From Mustelus asterias (lineage: Eukaryota): a DNA stretch of 64,000 nucleotides. Every line of letters begins with the position of its first letter. Position 1 is the stretch's first letter. The stretch covers positions 12,214,001 through 12,278,000 of the forward strand of contig NC_135830.1 in NCBI RefSeq assembly GCF_964213995.1, read 5' to 3'. A model generated the notes under the pieces. The model made no database searches. It was not told the DNA's origin and saw nothing but the letters and a program-made list of their open reading frames with translations. The translations under genes and the position numbers were made by a program. Below, piece after piece: positions 1 through 12,453 of the stretch.

Positions 1-800
1 CAGAGATCGAGGTTCCCTGGGGTGATATTCAGTGAGTTCAGAGCGATGCTATCAGAGGGAATGGAGCAGAGAGAGAAGAGCCCTGGGGTGATGCTCAGTG
101 TGTTCAGGGCAATGGAGTCAGAGGGGATGGAGCAGGGAGAGAGGATCCATGGGGTGATGCTCAGTCAGGTCAGGGCGATGGAGTCAGAGGGAATGGAGCA
201 GGGAGAGAGGATCCATGGGGTGATGCTCAGTCAGGTCAGGGCGATGGAGTCAGAGGGAATGGAGCAGGGAAAGAGGATCTCTGGGGTGAAGCTCAGTGAG
301 GTCAGGGCGATGCTATCAGAGGGAATGGAGGAGGGACAGAGGATTCCTGGGGTGATGTTCGAAGAGTTCAGGGTGATGGAGTCAGAGGGAATGGAGCAGG
401 GAGAAGGGATCCCTGGGATGATAATCAGTGAGTTCAGGGGGATGGAGTCAGGGGGAATGGAACACGGAGAGAGGATCCCTGGGGCGATGCTCAGTGGGTT
501 CAGGGCGATGCTATCAGAGGGAATGGAGCAGGGAGAGATGCTCCCTGTGGTGATGTTCAGTGAGTTCAAGAAGATGGAGTCAGAGGGAATCGAGCAGGGA
601 GAGAGAATCCATGGCTTGATGTTCAGTGAGTTCAGGGGGATGGAGACAGAGGGAATGAAGCAGGGAGAGAGGATACCTGGGGTGATGCTCAGTGAGTTCA
701 GGGACATGGTATCAGAGGGAATGGAGCAGGGAAAGAGGATCCCTGGACTGATGCGCAGTGAGTTCAGGGGGAAGGAGTCGGAGGTAATGGAGCAGGGACA
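1..800. repeat. 66-bp-unit minisatellite, about 12 diverged copies (continues off the 5' edge)
   Basis: Unit resembles GGGGTGATGCTCAGTGAGTTCAGGGCGATGGAGTCAGAGGGAATGGAGCAGGGAGAGAGGATCCCT; ORF 22..810 shows the matching 22-aa periodicity. Confidence 0.9.
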
Positions 801-3800
801 GTGTTTTTAACCACTAAACTAGTCCTAATTGCCTGCATTTGGTCCAAATCCCTCTATACCAATCTTACTCATGTATCTGTCCAAACACTTTCTAAAAGAC
901 AATATTGTACCCGCCTCTACTACTAGAACCATAGAACCATAGAAAATTAAGCTCAGAAACAGGCCTTTTGGTCCTTCTTGTCTGTGCCGAACCATTTTTT
1001 GCCTAGTCCCACTGACCTGCACTTGGTCCATATCCCTCCACACCCCTCTCATCTATGAACCCGTCCAAGTTTTTCTTAAATGGTAAAGGTGACCCGCATT
1101 TACCACTTCATTCGGCAGCTCATTCCACACTCCCACCACTCTCTGCGTGAAGAAGCCCCCCCTAATATTCCCTTTAAACTTTTCTCCTTTCACCCTTAAC
1201 CCATGCCCTCTGGTTTTTTTCTCCCCAAGCCTCAGCGGAAAAAGCCTGCTTGCATTCAAACTATCTATACCCATCAAAATCTTATACACCTCTATCAAAT
1301 CTCCCCTCAATCTTCTGCGCTCCAGGGAATAAAGTCCCAACCTGTTCAATCTCTCTCTGTAACTCAGCTTCTCAAGTCCCGGCAACATCCTTGTGAACCT
1401 TCTCTGCACTCTTTCAACCTTATTTACATCTTTCCTGTAACTAGGTGACCAAAACTATACACAATACTCCAAATTCGGCCTCACCAATGCCATATATAAC
1501 CTTACCATAACACTCCAACTTTTATACTCGATACTCCGATTTATAAAGGCCAATGTACCAAAGGCACTCTTTACGACCCTATCCACGTGTGACGTCACTT
1601 TTAGGGAATTCTGTACCTGTATTCACAGATCCCTCTGTTCAACTGCACTCTTCAGAGTCCTACCATTTACCATTACCAGTAATCATGAACCATTTACCAT
1701 GAACCAGGCCAGGTGTTAGATTTGGAGGGAGGTGAGCACTTTGGTGACAGTGACCACAATTCGATTACGTTTACTTTAGCAATGGAAAAGGATAGGTATA
1801 TACCAAAGGGCAAGAGTTATAGCTGGGGGAAAGGAAATTATGATGCGATTAGGCGAGATTTAGCTGGCATAGGTTGGGGAAGGAAACTGCAGGGGATGGG
1901 CACAATTGTAATGTGGAACTTGTTCAAGGAACAACTACTACGCGTCCTTGATAAATATGTACCTATCAGGCAGGGAGGAAGCAGACGTGTGAGGGAACCG
2001 TGGTTTACTAAGGAGGTTGAATCTCTTGTGAAGAGGAAGAAGGAGACTTATGTTAAGATGAGACGTGAAGGCTCAGTTAGGGCGCTTGAGAGTTACAAGT
2101 TAGCCAGGAAGGACCTAAAGAAAGAGTTAAGAAGAGCCAGGAGGGGACATGAGAAGTCTTTGGCAGGTAGGATCAAGGAAAACCCTAAAGCTTTCTATAG
2201 GTATGTCAGGAGTAAAAGAATGACTAGGGTAAGATTAGGGCCAGTCAAGGACAGGAGTGGGAAGTTGTGCGTGGCGTCTGAAGAGATAGGAGAGGCACTA
2301 AATGAATATTTTTCGTCGGTATTCACACTGGAGAGGGACAGTGTTGTTGAGGGGAGTACTGAGATGCAGGCTGTTGGACTGGATGGGATTGATGTTCATA
2401 AGGAAGAGGTGTTAGCAATTCTGGAAAGGGTAAACATAGGTAAGTCCCCTGGGCCGGATGGGATTTATCCTAGGATTCTCTGGGAGGCTAGACAGGAGAT
2501 TGTAGAGCCTTTGGCTTTGATCTTTGTGTTGTAATTGTCTCCAGGAGCAGTGCCAGAAGACTGGAGGATAGCAAATGTTGTCCCCTTGTTCAAGAAGGGG
2601 AGTAGGGACAACCCTGGTAATTATACACCGGTGAGCCTTACTTCTGTTGTGGGCAAAGTATTGGAAAGGATTATAAGAGATAGGATTTATAATCACCTCG
2701 AAAGGAATAATTTGATTAGGGATAGTCAGCACGGTTTTGTGAAGGGTAGGTCGTGCCTCACAAACCTTATTGAGTTCTTTGAGAAGGTGACCAAAGAGGT
2801 GGATGAGGGTAAAGCGGTTGGTGTGGTGTATATGGATTTCAGCAACGCGTTTGATAAGGTCCCCCATGGTAAGCTTTTGCAGAAAATACGGGCACATGGG
2901 ATTGAGGGTGATTTAGTGGTTTGGATCAGGAATTGGCGAGCTGTAAGAAAACAAAGGGTGGTGGTTGATGGGAAATATTCATCCTGGAGTTCAGTTACTA
3001 GTGGTGTACCGCAAGGATCTGTTTTGGGGCCACTGCTGTTTGTCATTTTTATTAGTGGCTTGGATGAGGGCGTGGAAGGATGGATTAGTAAATTTGCGGA
3101 TGACACTAAAGTCGGTGGAGTTGTAGACAGTGCGCAGGGAAGTGGCAGGTTACAGAGGGACATAGATAAGCTGCAGAGTTGGGCTGAGAGGTGGCAAATG
3201 GAGTTTAATGCGGAAAACTGTGAGGTGATTCACTTTGGAAGGAGTAACAGGAATACAGAGTACTGGGCTAATGGTAAGATACTTGGTAGTGTGGATGAAC
3301 AGAGGGATCTGGGTGTCCATGTGCATAGATCCCTGAAAGTTGGCACCCAGGTTGATAAGGTTGTTAAGAAGGCATACGGTGTGTTAGCTTTTATTGGTAG
3401 AGGGATTGAGTTTCGGAGCCAGGAGGTCATGCTGCAACTGTACAAAACTCTGGTGCGGCCCCATTTGGAGTATTGCGTACAGTTCTGGTCGCCGTATTAT
3501 AGGAAAGATGTGGAAGTGTTGGAAAGGGTGCAGAGGAGATTTACCAGGATGTTGCCTTGTATGGTGGGAAAATCATATGAGGAAAGGCTGAGGGGCTTGA
3601 GGTTGTTTTCGTTAGAGAGAAGAAGGTTAAGAGGTGACTTAATAGAGGCATACAAGATGATCAGAGGATTAGATAGGGTGGATAGTGAGAGCCTTTTTCC
3701 TCAGATGGTGTTGGCTAGCACGAGGGGACATAGCTCAAAATTGAGGGGTGAGAGATATAGGGCAGATGTTAGAGGTAGGTTCTTTACTCAGAGAGTAGTA

Positions 3801-6238
3801 AGGGCGTGGAATGCCCTGCCTGCAGCAGTGTTGGACTCGTCAACGTTGAGAGCGTTCAAGTGGTTATTGGATAAACATCTGGGTGATATTCGAATAGTGT
3901 AGATTAGAGGGGCTTTAGATTGGGACCACTGGTCGGCGCAACATCGAGGGCCGAAGGGCCTGTACTGCGCTGTAATGTTCTATGTTCTATTACTGTCCAC
4001 TACACCTCCAATCTTTGTATCATCAGCAAACTTGCTGATCCAATTGACCACATTATCATCCAGATCATTGATATAGATGTCAAACAACAATGGACACAAC
4101 ACTGATCCCTGCGGCACACCACTTGTCACAGGCCTCCACTCAGAGAAGCAATCCTCCACAACCACTCTCTGGCTTCTTCCATTAAGCCAGTGTCTAATCC
4201 AATTTACTACCTCCCCATGTATACCGCGCGACTGAACCTTCCTAACTAACCTCCCATGAGGGACCTTGTCAAAGGCCTTGCTGAAATCCAGGTAGACAAC
4301 ATCCACCGCCTTCCCTTCATCCACTTTCCTGGTAACCTCCTCGAAAAACTCTAATAGATTGGTCAAACATGACCTACCACGCACAAAGCCATGTTGACTC
4401 TCCCTAATAAGTCCCTGTCTATCCAAATATTTGTAGATCCTATCCCTTATCAGCCCTTCCAATAACTTGCCCACCACCGACGTCAAACTTACTGGCCGAT
4501 AATTTCCCGGATTTCTTTTGGAAACTTTTTTAAACAACGGAACAACATGAGCCACCCTCCAATCATCCGGCACCTCCCCCGTGAATACTGACATTTTAAA
4601 TATGTCTGCCAGGGCCCCTGCAAGTTCAACAATAGCTTCCCTCAAGGTCCGTGGGAATACCCTGTCAGGTCCTGGGGATTTATCCACTCTGATTTGCCTC
4701 AAGACAGCGAGCACCTCCTCCCCTTTAATCTGTAAAGGTTCCATGACCTCCCTACCTGTTTGCCCTATTTCCGTAGACTCCATGCCCGTTTCCTCAGTAA
4801 ATAAGGATGCAAATAAACCATTTAGTATCTCCCCCATCTCTTTTGGTTCCATACACAGTCTACCACTCTGGTCTTCAAGAGGACCAATTTTATCCCTCAC
4901 TATCCTTTTGCTCCTAACATACATATAGAAGCTCTTTGGGTTTTCCTTCACTCTGTCTGCCAATGCAACCTCATGTCTTCTTTTAGCCCTCCTGATTTCC
5001 CTCTTAAGTAGCTTCTTGCACTTTTTATACTCCTCGAGCATCTGATCTGTTCCTTGCTGCCTGTACATTTCATACAACTCTCTCTTCCTCTTAATCAGTG
5101 TTACAATCTCCCTCGAGAACCAAGGTTCCTTAATCCTATTTACTTTGCCTTTAATCCTCACAGGAACATACAAACTCTGCACTCTCAAAATTTCTCCTTT
5201 GAAGGCCTCCCACTTTCCATTTACATCCTTACCAGAGAACAGCCTGTGCCAATCCAGACATCCCAGATCCCTTCTCATTTCATCAAATTTGGCCCTCTTT
5301 CCAATTCAGAACTTCAACCCGAGGACCAGATCTATCCTTATCCATGATCAGGTTGAAACTAATGGCATTATGATCACTGGATCCAAAGTGTTCCCTCACA
5401 CTCACATCCATCACCTGCCCTAACTCATTTCCCAATAGGAGTACCAATATCGCATCCTCTCTAGTTGGCACCTCTATATACTGATGGAGAAAATTCTGAA
5501 CACATTTTACAAACTCTACCCCGTCTAAACCTTTAACAGTATGCGAGTCCCAATCTATATGTGGAAAATTAAAATCCCCTAATATCACAACTTTATGTTT
5601 CTTGCAGTTGTCAGCTATCTCTCCGCTGATTTGCTCCTCCAATTCTCGCTGACTATTGGGTGGTCTATAATACAAGCCCATTAATGTGGTCATACCTTTC
5701 CTGTTTCTCAGCTCCACCCATAGGGCCTCGGTAGACAAGCTCCCTCATCTACCCTGCCTGAGTACCGCTGTAACATTTTCCCTGACCAACAATGCCACCC
5801 CCCCCCCAACCTTTTATCCCTCTGCCTCTATCCCTCTACTTCTGGCAGCTTGTTCCAGACACTCACCACCCTCTGTGTGAAAACAATTGCCCCTCTGGAC
5901 ACATTTGTATCTCTCCCCTCTCACCTTAAACCTATGCCCTTTAGCTTTAGGCTCCCCTGCATTTGGGAAAAGATATTGACTGTCTAGTTGATCTTTGCTC
6001 CTCATTATTTTATGGATCTCTATAGGATCACCCTTCAGTCGCCTACGCATCAGGGAAAAAAGTCCCAGTCTATCCAGCCTCTCGTGATAACTCAAACCAT
6101 CAAGTCCCGGTAGCATCCTAGTAAATATTTTCTCTTCTCTTTCTCGTTTAATAATATCCTTCCTATAATAGGGTGACCAGAACTGTACACAGTATTCCAA
6201 GTGTGGCCTTACCAATGTCTTGTACAACTTCAACAAGA
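800..6238 (-). mobile_element. Nested CR1-like LINEs: older element (about 800-924 plus 5833-6238) interrupted by a second minus-strand CR1 (925-1672 plus 3991-5832)
   Basis: Minus-strand ORFs 1053..1409, 3980..5278 and 5283..5738 encode CR1 ORF2 pieces (endonuclease GDFN; [16 protein letters not shown]). 3' microsatellite tail at 925-945. CCTCTACT occurs at 914-921 and 5833-5840 (TSD-like). Confidence 0.85.
1699..3990 (+). mobile_element. 5'-truncated CR1-like LINE (ORF2 RT with one in-frame stop) inserted into the minus-strand CR1
   Basis: ORFs 1713..2534 and 2535..3902 carry [30 protein letters not shown] and RPHLEYCVQFWSP; 3' tail ATGTTCTATGTTCTAT. Confidence 0.95.
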
Positions 6239-6699
6239 TGCTGCTGTGACAAAGTACTCTTGTGTGAACACTCTGCAATGCTGAGACTGGGAGAAGTGAA
6301 CAACAGGGAGCAGCATTGCAACTTCTCTCCCCCCATTGAAATTGGGTTTGTTGCTACATCTGCTGCACCATCCCAACCACATCCAAAAGGGGCAATTTGG
6401 ACAATGGCTGCAGACAGATCTCACTGCGCTTGCTGCACAATCACACTCCCCGCTGGGGGCCAGCATGCGTTGCCGGGGAGCTGGCATGCGGCCATCTTGG
6501 GTTGCTCGGGGGTCTCCCTCACGTCAATGCGGCGGCGGCCCGCGCGCTGCCCACTGGGAAAATTCCCCTCCCGCACATGCGCACAAGCAGCTACAGTTTA
6601 GTTTTTTAATATTTTAAATGTTGATGATTATTATTAACATCTTCTCCCGTAAGACTATCGGCTCCTTTTAGATTTGGGAGCGTCGTTTTTTTTATTGCG

Positions 6700-6960
6700 A
6701 TTTTTACAAATCGGGCCCACACTCAGCGCATGCGCCGTTTCGCCACCGGCTTCTTTATAAAAATGTGTACTTTATTTAATTTTAATTCAGCTCCTGGCGG
6801 GATGTCCGACTGAGAATTTCTCTCATTTTCTCCATTTTCTCCATGGGGGGGCGGGGGGGCAGTGACGTCATGGCAAAATGACGACCGGTCCCGCCCCTGT
6901 CACAGGCTCGGATGTTTCGCCAACAAGCAGCGGCCGGGCATGGGCGGGCAAGAGGTAGCA
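6700..6960. promoter_or_regulatory. CpG-rich segment with NRF1-like, CRE and GC-box motifs (function unassigned)
   Basis: GCGCATGCGC 6726-6735, AGTGACGTCA 6861-6870, GGGCGG boxes; CpG-dense relative to the flanks. Confidence 0.25.
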
Positions 6961-8179
6961 CTGGGAGGAGCAGCTCCCGGGGAGCATTAAAGCGACTCCT
7001 GCTAGCCAGGAGGGGAAACAGCAGCAGCACAGTTTCTGCCCAAAGGCTTCCCCAGTTCAGCTGCTCAGAGACACTGGGAACCTCTTTCACTGTTAACTTC
7101 AGCTTCTTACATTCACCCCTATCTATCCATCTCTCCCTCCATTCATCTCACCCTCCCTCCCTCTCTCCATCCACCCCTCTCTCCCCTATCCATCCATCCC
7201 TCCCTGCAACAAAACCATTCACTCAGAACAGCAGCTTCAATCTCATTACCTCAGTCTGTCTTCCAGCCTTTATCGAATCCACTCTGCACCCAAATACTTT
7301 GCACCATTAGATATTACAATTCAAACTTTATAATCTCTCCAATTCTACATTTGTTCAAAGAGATCATAGACAGCAGAGAAATCATCAATTCCATTCCCAT
7401 TCTGAGCTATGGGGTATATTTATACATTTTCTCATTACGCAAAAAAACCCACACAACGAGCTTTAGATTCGCTTCTGTTGTTATTTTAGTGCCCAGCAGG
7501 TGGATTAGAGTGAGATTGGTATCAACCCTTCAGTGTCTCAGTTTGTCTCTGTGTTTGTGAGAGTGTGTGTGATCGTGTGTATGTCTGTGAGTGTGTGTCT
7601 GTGCTTGTGTTTGTGTCAGTCTATGTTTTTGTTTGCGCGTCTGTGTGCGTCCGTGAATGTGTTTGGGGTGTGTCTGCCAGTTCGCCTGTAGTTTTTTGTC
7701 TGAGATTGCGTATATCTACATGTGTTTGTGTGTGTGCCTGTGAGTTTTCCTGTGTCTGTTTGAGAGTGTATGTCTGTGAATGTGTTCGTGTAAGTATGTC
7801 ATTCGAGTTCGCCTGTATCTGTTCCTGAGATTGGTATCAATTCTGTGAATAGGCTCATCAGCATTGATTTGTATTAAAATAAAAATAATAGGAACAAGAA
7901 AAAATAACACAACCCTCCAGTAAGACCCTTCAGTTGTCGGATGACATCCCGGTGATTCATATATCTAAAGCCCTCCCTCCTACACCGGCTCTTTAGCCAA
8001 GTATTTAACTGTATTATCTCCCTGTTGCAAGCCTCACTAGTACGTGGCATGGGGGGTAATCCTGAGATTACAACCCCAGAGATCCTGCTCTTAGTTCATA
8101 GAAATCATAGAAACCCTACAGCGCAGAAGGAGGCCATTCGGCCCATCGAGTCTGCACTGACCACAATCCCACCCATTAA

Positions 8180-8760
8180 ATGAATAAGTCCTGTCCTGGT
8201 TCGATAGACTAAAATGGATTACCTCGGATTCATCTAAATTAAACTCCATCTTCCATTCATCAGTCCACTAGCCCAATTGATAAAGATCCTGTTGCAATCG
8301 TTGATAATCTTCTTCACTGCCGACTATGCCACCGATCTTGGTGTCACCTGCAAATGTACTAACCACGCCTCCTAAATTCTCATCCAAATCATTAACATAA
8401 GCGACAAATAGCAGTGGACCCAGCACTCATCCCTGAGGCACACCGCTGGTCACAGGCCTCTAGTTTGAAAGACAAACCCTCTATAACCACCCTCTGTCTT
8501 CTGTCATCAAGCCAATTTTGTATCCATTTAGCTACCTCACCCTGGATCCCGTGAGCGTGTTTCCAGCTGCTGCTCCAACCGAACCATGCGGTCTGTGAGG
8601 AGCGGCAGCTAGTCACACTTCCCGCAGACATAGACGTCAGGGGCACTAGAAAGTTCCCTAATCTTCCACATCTGGCAGGAGGAGCATATCACTGCCCAAA
8701 ATGCCATCTCTGCACTTGGACACTGAAAAAAAAAACAATCTTACTTGCTTTTGACAAAAA
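8180..8760 (-). mobile_element. Degenerate CR1 fragments
   Basis: Minus ORF 8392..8646 includes [23 protein letters not shown] (CR1 RT). Confidence 0.7.
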
Positions 8761-9048
8761 GGGACATTCACAAACTCTGGGTGGCAACACCCAGAGGGGT
8801 CGCGGAACGAGATTCTGGGGTCGGGAGCTCAGAGGCAGCGATAACTGTGGAGCCTCTACTGAATGTTCACAGCTTTCTGCCACCTTTAGATTCTCGAGTT
8901 TTATTTTAAACAATGGGTGTGGCCTAAATTGACGACGTTTGGGCCTGAAGTATTTCAGTTCAGCTCTGAGATCCAGTGTCCCAGAGCAGCCCAGCTCTGC
9001 AGTTTACAGCTCCCGTCATTTAAACCATCAGCTCCGGACAGTAGAGTG

Positions 9049-9091
9049 ATGGGAATCCTCCTTGTTTTCACCCTATCTGTCTGTTTACCCC
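9049..9091 (+). CDS. NAR-TCR V leader exon (MGILLVFTLSVCLP)
   Basis: ATG at 9049, hydrophobic signal peptide, phase-1 donor GTGAGT at 9092; splices in frame to the acceptor TTCCAG ending at 9239. Confidence 0.9.
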
Positions 9092-9239
9092 GTGAGTACC
9101 GATCAAACTAATCCACAATGTGTGGATTGAATATAAATCTGTCCCAGTCCATCCCAATTACAGACACTGTCTGGGGTTTCAGCCCCGTTGTGTGGTTCTC
9201 CTCTGATGGTCCATTAAACTCTCCCTCTTTAATTTCCAG

Positions 9240-9527
9240 GATCTTTCAGTCAGTCAGTAACGCAGAGCCCGGCAGCGTTGACCAGGAAGGAGTGTCAGTC
9301 TCTCACCATCACCTGTATCTTTTACGGTCATAATTGGGGCTATTATTTCCAAAATGGATATTTCTTCAGACAAACCCAGACCGGGACGGAGCGGGAGCGG
9401 ATCTCCAGCGGAGGGAGATTTGTTGTGTCTGTGAACAGAGCAAAAAAGACATTTTCGCTGGAAATTCGGGATGTGCGAGTTGAAGACACCGCCACCTATT
9501 ACTGTAAAGCTGATTACTGGTACTACA
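9240..9527 (+). CDS. NAR-TCR V segment (IgNAR-like V domain), intact
   Basis: Translates (R)SFSQSVTQSPAALTRKECQSLTITCIFYGHNWGYYFQNGYFFRQTQTGTERERISSGGRFVVSVNRAKKTFSLEIRDVRVEDTATYYCKADYWYY. Short domain lacking CDR2 strands, IgNAR-type RIS.GGRF..SVN...K.FSL.I.D..VED..TY.CKA motifs, extra FR1 Cys. Confidence 0.93.
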
Positions 9528-9565
9528 CACCGTGATGGGCCTCGACTTCCAGCGATACAAAAGCT
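9528..9565 (+). promoter_or_regulatory. Recombination signal sequence (22-bp spacer) of NAR-TCR V
   Basis: CACCGTG 9528-9534, 22-nt spacer, ACAAAAGCT 9557-9565. Confidence 0.9.
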
Positions 9566-9935
9566 CTCCCTGCAGATTCTCACAGAACCAAATGATAAAC
9601 CGGAGTTAATCTGCCCTGAACACCGCCCACCCCCTCCCCCCTCCACCACCCGCCCCCGGCCAACCCCCCACAATAGCGTCTCATACTCTCTGTTTTAATG
9701 AGACCTGATTACTACCATGAACCTTTTGAGTTTTATAAACACGGAATGTGAGTGGATGGTGGTGTCTTTCCTGGGAATGTTGTCGGTGAATGGAGAATGG
9801 GAATGATTGATCCCAGTTGCAAACCCTCACACCAGATGGGATTCTGGACTCACAGCCCACACTGCGCGCTGTTTAATTAATGTTCCAACATCCCACCCAG
9901 TACCCGAGGTTTTGATACTGAATTGTAACACTGTG

Positions 9936-9954
9936 CAAATGGTTGGGGGGCGGT
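9936..9954 (+). other. NAR-TCR D segment (12/12 RSS), CAAATGGTTGGGGGGCGGT
   Basis: 5' GGTTTTGAT(9908-16)-12-CACTGTG(9929-35); 3' CACAGTG(9955-61)-12-GCAAATACC(9974-82); open in all three frames. Confidence 0.92.
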
Positions 9955-10332
9955 CACAGTGAAAAGGAGCTGAGCAAATACCTGTGCACAATTACAATAT
10001 AAATTCTCAGGGCCCAGATAGTGAATCATTGATTTGATGTTATTTTCGCTGTAATCTGGACTACTGTTACTGTAATCCCCACCATTCCCATCTTTCTTTA
10101 ATTTTTTTTGCGATGTATGAAGTGAATATTTCCTTCCTGCGGCCATTTACTGAGAACTCGGACCTCACAAAGTACAATTTGAACGGACAGAGACTTTGAA
10201 ACAATGAATATTATTTATTAATTTTAAATCCCCCCAAAAATTGGACACTACTGAATGAGTGGTGATGATTTCCCGGCAGATTGAGATGTCGGTGGATCTT
10301 GTACTGAGGAGACTGAGAGCGGTGCCACTGTG

Positions 10333-10385
10333 GGCCGATGATGATTCTGTAGATGGATCCGGGACGGTGGTGACTGTCACAGCCG
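10333..10385 (+). CDS. NAR-TCR J segment (ADDDSVDGSGTVVTVTA)
   Basis: GGATCTTGT(10294-302)-23-CACTGTG(10326-32); IgNAR-J-like DGxGTV.TV motif; phase-1 donor GTAAGT at 10386. Confidence 0.92.
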
Positions 10386-11229
10386 GTAAGTGGTTCCAAA
10401 CCCCGCCGTGTTACAGATTTTATCGTTTAATGTTCCCGATCACTTTATCATTGTGATCTGTCTCGTTTCAATCCAATCCAATCTTCCTGTGGAAAATCAT
10501 CCGTTACAGATTTCGAGTTGGGAGCTGGATGTGATTCTGGAGTCGGGTCCAGGTCAGTCCCGGGAAAAATGTCTGTGAGACCTGATGGAGTCGGCGGTCA
10601 GCGGGACAAGGATAGCGGGGCGAAGCTCGTGCGGGGCGGGGGTGGGGGGGGGGGGGGGTGGGCAGTGGGTTCGGGGTAAAGGGTGGTGAGGCGTGGGGTG
10701 CGGGTGCTCGTGTTAGATGTGATGTGGGAGTTGACAGCATCTGGGAGATTATTGATTGAAAGGGGCACGTCAACATCAAGAACTCTGTCACTTCTGATAG
10801 TTTTTAACAAGCTCAAGTTTACAACACTCCGGAATCCACTCTGGCTACTAAATGTGACTGAGGGAGATCTGTCTGTCGCTTACAACCCGGTGCAGGGTCC
10901 CAGAGCTTTCTCTTGGGCAGTAGATTGCAGTCCTACCCTTGCAATATCAATAGTATACCGGCTGAATGAGATGAATATCACTGCGGCCAATTCATTTAAC
11001 AGCAGCGACTCATTCAATACCTGACCCAGGTGACAAAAAGGAAAATGACACAACGGACTTCAGGTCTAAGTGTACTTATTGGTGGTCCAGAGGAATGTTG
11101 TAATCGAGAAATCAGTGACTGAAATTACTGACGTTGTACCTGATATTTCTTTAAATACCCTCAATTTAACAAATCACTTTTTCTTATTTACCACCGTTAG
11201 TGGTTAGTTCTGGAGCACAAGTCTTCAGT

Positions 11230-12150
11230 AATATTGCCGGGATATTTCCAGGGCCCATAGCCTTTGCAGCATCCAGTGCCTTCAGCCGGTCCTGAAGTCA
11301 CGTGGAGTTAATCAAACTGGATGAAGACTGACATCACTGATGCTGGGGACCTCCGGAGGAGGTCGAGATGCATCACCCACTCGATACCTGTGGATGAAGA
11401 TTGTTGCCAATGGTTTAGCCTTATCTTCAGCAGATTGACAACTCATTTATAGGGACGCCGGGTGTTGCTGCTGGGATTGCCTTCTAAAGTCTTCATTGAC
11501 CAGTGTAACTCCCTCGTTTGCTAATGTCAATGCAGGGGACATGCTGGGCCATGAGGTTACAGATTGTGTTTGAGTACAATTCTGCTGCTGATGGCCCATA
11601 GTGCTTCATGGATGCCGAGCAATGAGTTGCTAGATCTGCTCGAAATCTATTCTATTCGGTCCGGTGACGGTGCCGCACTACAAGATGGAGCGTAGCTCAA
11701 TGTGAAAACAGGACTTTGTGTCCACAAGGATTTTATGTGGCCAGTCCTACTGATACTGCTCTGGTGGTGCAGCTGCGACAGTCAGGTTGCTGAGGGTGAG
11801 GTCAAGTATGCATTATTCCCTCTTGGTAGTTGCCAGTCTAGCACTTATATCTTGCTATGTGCTAGCGAGAGAGTCGTAGCGATGGATATTGAAGTCCCCC
11901 TACCATTATACATTCTGCACCCTCGCAATCCTCAGTCCTTCCTCCATGTGTTGTTCAACATGGAGGAGTGTAGACACATCAGCAGAGGCACGCGGGAATC
12001 AGCAGGTTTCTTTGCCAATGTCTGATCTGATGTAATGAGTCTTCATGCAGTCGAGGGAGGATATTGAGGACTCTCCGGGCAAGTCGCTTCCGATTATATC
12101 CCATTGTGCCGCCAGGTCTGCTGAGTCTGTCCTACCAATGGGTCAGTTTC
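11230..12150 (-). mobile_element. Old degenerate LINE fragment (endonuclease region)
   Basis: Reverse complement of GATATTGAAGTCCCCC near 11885-11900 gives GDFNI; otherwise decayed. Confidence 0.5.
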
Positions 12151-12453
12151 TTGTTGAGGCAGAAGATAAACTGCAACATCACTGAGTGACTGCGTAGCTT
12201 TGAAATGTGGAACAGCCACTCTTGCTTCTATCAGTTGGAAATGTTGCTTCTATGTCTGCATTTCTCAGGAAAGCAATCAGCAACAATCTCTGGACGGGGG
12301 GAACATGCTGGGTCTCTTTTCGTCTAGAGATTGGAGAACAGCAAAGAGGACTCATTGAAATCGTTCAACTAATGAACGGGTTAATGAGATGGATGTGGCC
12401 AAACTATTTATTTTTGGGTATGTCTGGAGCAAGGGGCTATTAACATCTGATAG

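Noticed and set aside
9049-10385. V-D-J cluster as a secreted IgNAR gene
   Set aside because: Only one D, no IgNAR constant exons follow, and the next in-phase exon is a leaderless TCR V with the matching extra Cys.
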